NCBI GenBank assembly: GCA_011171075.1
Contig: DUFD01000017.1
Coordinates: forward strand, 1,777 to 65,776
Length of the DNA: 64,000 nucleotides
Source of the DNA: Dehalococcoidia bacterium
GTDB taxonomy: Bacteria > Chloroflexota > Dehalococcoidia > Dehalococcoidales > Fen-1064
Direction of reading: 5' to 3'
Shown piece by piece: positions 62,579-64,000 of this stretch. Within the stretch, counting starts at the first letter, position 1; each line of letters starts with the position of its first letter. Below the pieces are notes generated by a model. That model was not told where the DNA came from and made no database searches. It saw only the letters and a list, made by a program, of their open reading frames with translations. The position numbers and the translations under genes are program-made.

Positions 62579-63034
62579 ATGAATACCGAAATACTCGACA
62601 GCATCGCCGAAGACCTGTTTACCATCCCGCCCCTAATCGGCAGGAGTATCCGGAGAAAGCTGCTAAGGATAGCTATGGCACACATCCAGGAGGACATTTC
62701 ACCACCCCACTTTGAAATTATGAAGACACTGGAAGAAGCCGGGGTGTTGCACGTCACTGAAATCGGTGAGAGATTACAGATACCTAAACCACAGATGACA
62801 CACCTGATAGATAAACTGGTCTTTCTGGAAATGGTAGAGAGACAGCCAGACGCAAACGACAGGAGAATAATCAATATTACCCTTACCAGCAAAGGTAAAA
62901 CACTCCTAAAAAAGCATCGCCGGATGATAGAGGACGCTATCAAGAAGAGCCTTGCTTCGCTGACCGATGAAGAACTGGCAGAGCTATCGACCTCATTGAG
63001 GAAGCTGCGCCAGATATTTTTAAAACTGGAATGA
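62579..63034 (+). CDS. MarR family transcriptional regulator
   Basis: wHTH ..FEIMKTLEEAGVLHVTEIGERLQIPKPQMTHLIDKLV..MVERQPDANDRRIINITLT.KG. AAGGAG SD lies before ATG 62579. Confidence 0.85.
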   Translation: MNTEILDSIAEDLFTIPPLIGRSIRRKLLRIAMAHIQEDISPPHFEIMKTLEEAGVLHVTEIGERLQIPKPQMTHLIDKLVFLEMVERQPDANDRRIINITLTSKGKTLLKKHRRMIEDAIKKSLASLTDEELAELSTSLRKLRQIFLKLE

Positions 63035-63089
63035 CCACAAATATCATTACGTACTAATTCAAGCAAAGCCTGTTCAAGGGATTTCTAAG

Positions 63090-64000
63090 ATGGAAAACGG
63101 GACGAAAATTATCGAAATACATGACCTGACCAGAAAATTCAAACAACTGACGGCAGTCGATTCAATTTCCTTTGACGTGTACAAAGGGGAGATATTCGGC
63201 TTCCTCGGTCCTAACGGGGCCGGCAAGACGACCACGATAAACATGCTGTGCACATTGCTAGCTCCCACTGACGGTAAGGCAACCGTAAACGGGTACGATA
63301 TCCTGAAGCAGCGAAGGCAGGTACAACGGGTAATCGGTCTGGTCTTCCAGGACCCAACCCTTGATGATTACCTGTCCGCCGAGCAGAACCTGCGCTTTCA
63401 TGCCTACGCTTACGGCGTCCCCAGGAGCGTAAGAGAAGAACGCATGAAACAGTTACTGGAATTGGTGGGACTATCAGACCGCCTCAAGAGCAAGGTAAGC
63501 ACCTACTCCGGCGGTATGAAAAGGCGCCTGGAAATTGCGCGGGGCCTGCTGCATCACCCGCAGATTCTGTTTCTGGACGAACCTACACTCGGTCTTGACC
63601 CCCAGACAAGATTTCATGTCTGGGAATATATCCACGCGCTGAGGAAAGAAGAGGAGCTGACTATCTTCATGACCACCCACTACATGGACGAGGCAGAGAA
63701 CTGCGACCGTATTGCTGTAATCGACCAGGGTAAGATAGTGGCACTGGATACCCCTGATAATCTGAAAGGCTCGCTGGGCGGTGATGTCGTCATGCTGGAG
63801 GCCGAGGAGCCGGAAAATGCCATACATGAACTGGAAGAAAAATACAACCTGTCACCCCATATTCAAGGCAAGACGATTACCTTCAATGTACCGCATGGTG
63901 AGACTTTCCTGCCTAAGTTCCTGCGCAACTTTCAGAGTAAGCTGGTTTCGGTCAGCGTGCACCGACCTACCCTGGACGACGTATTTCTGAAACTGACCGG
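63090..64000 (+). CDS. ABC-2-type exporter ATP-binding protein, 3' end beyond the window
   Basis: Not in the ORF track because no stop falls inside the window. Hand translation: MENGTKIIEIHDLTRKF..GFLGPNGAGKTTT..YSGGMKRRLEIARGLL..ILFLDEPTLGLDP..TTHYMDEAE..RPTLDDVFLKLTG. Confidence 0.9.
   Translation, partial: MENGTKIIEIHDLTRKFKQLTAVDSISFDVYKGEIFGFLGPNGAGKTTTINMLCTLLAPTDGKATVNGYDILKQRRQVQRVIGLVFQDPTLDDYLSAEQNLRFHAYAYGVPRSVREERMKQLLELVGLSDRLKSKVSTYSGGMKRRLEIARGLLHHPQILFLDEPTLGLDPQTRFHVWEYIHALRKEEELTIFMTTHYMDEAENCDRIAVIDQGKIVALDTPDNLKGSLGGDVVMLEAEEPENAIHELEEKYNLSPHIQGKTITFNVPHGETFLPKFLRNFQSKLVSVSVHRPTLDDVFLKLT

Overview
This is a 64-kb, gene-dense bacterial chromosomal window. By eye it is moderately GC-rich with a few AT-rich islets; GC content was not computed. 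All functional calls come from reading motifs in the supplied translations; no database search was possible. I support about 63 protein-coding genes and found no rRNA, tRNA, CRISPR array, transposase or integrase. The gene style points to a Chloroflexota-like organism, but that is inference only: a secretin-less type IV pilus operon, DUF5679/DUF951 small proteins, and a Hym-like NuoE/NuoF module.

Content from left to right:
- **1-5.8 kb:** RicT/PSP1 (5' truncated by the window edge), HNH nuclease, pyrF, DUF951, an orphan OppF-type ATPase, an MscS channel and an SDR oxidoreductase.
- **5.8-8.7 kb:** two internalin-like LRR lipoproteins flanking a second, opposite-strand MscS gene.
- **8.9-14 kb:** mfd, a small membrane protein and an MFS transporter.
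- **14-18.2 kb:** proB interrupted by a single in-frame TAG, an AT-rich orphan gene inserted between proB and proA, proA, then rph.
- **19.5-28.6 kb:** a nine-gene type IV pilus-like operon. It comprises an Asp-less receiver, PilB, PilC, PilO-like, a PilM/N fusion, two pseudopilins and a 909-aa PilX-like giant protein.
- **29-32.5 kb:** a nitroreductase and twin zinc-ribbon membrane proteins (RDD, DUF2339).
- **32.7-39.6 kb:** a PAS histidine kinase with two tandem OmpR-type regulators, then a NuoE/NuoF/FeS electron-input module with no catalytic partner.
- **40.5-46.3 kb:** a GAF-PAS kinase/NarL pair, divergent from three tandem Asp-less receiver-like paralogs. The third paralog is fused to methylene-THF reductase plus a MetV-type zinc-ribbon domain.
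- **46.4-57.5 kb:** TauE, ychF, a NatAB-like ABC exporter split by an AT-rich acidic orphan, a flavoprotein, a SnoaL-like protein, a DhnA-type aldolase, a Zn-ADH, two tandem alpha/beta hydrolases, DUF5679 (missed by the ORF track), msrB and a zinc-ribbon/wHTH protein.
- **57.6-64 kb:** a radical-SAM/SPASM, methyltransferase, alpha/alpha-toroid, methyltransferase and GT4 cluster, then MarR and a 3'-truncated ABC ATPase.

Best candidates for something new:
1. The pseudo-receiver triad fused to MTHFR.
2. The translationally coupled rSAM/MT/toroid/MT/GT4 cluster.
3. The in-frame amber codon in proB together with the AT-rich insertion between proB and proA.
4. A dispersed family of GC-rich hairpin (REP-like) elements.
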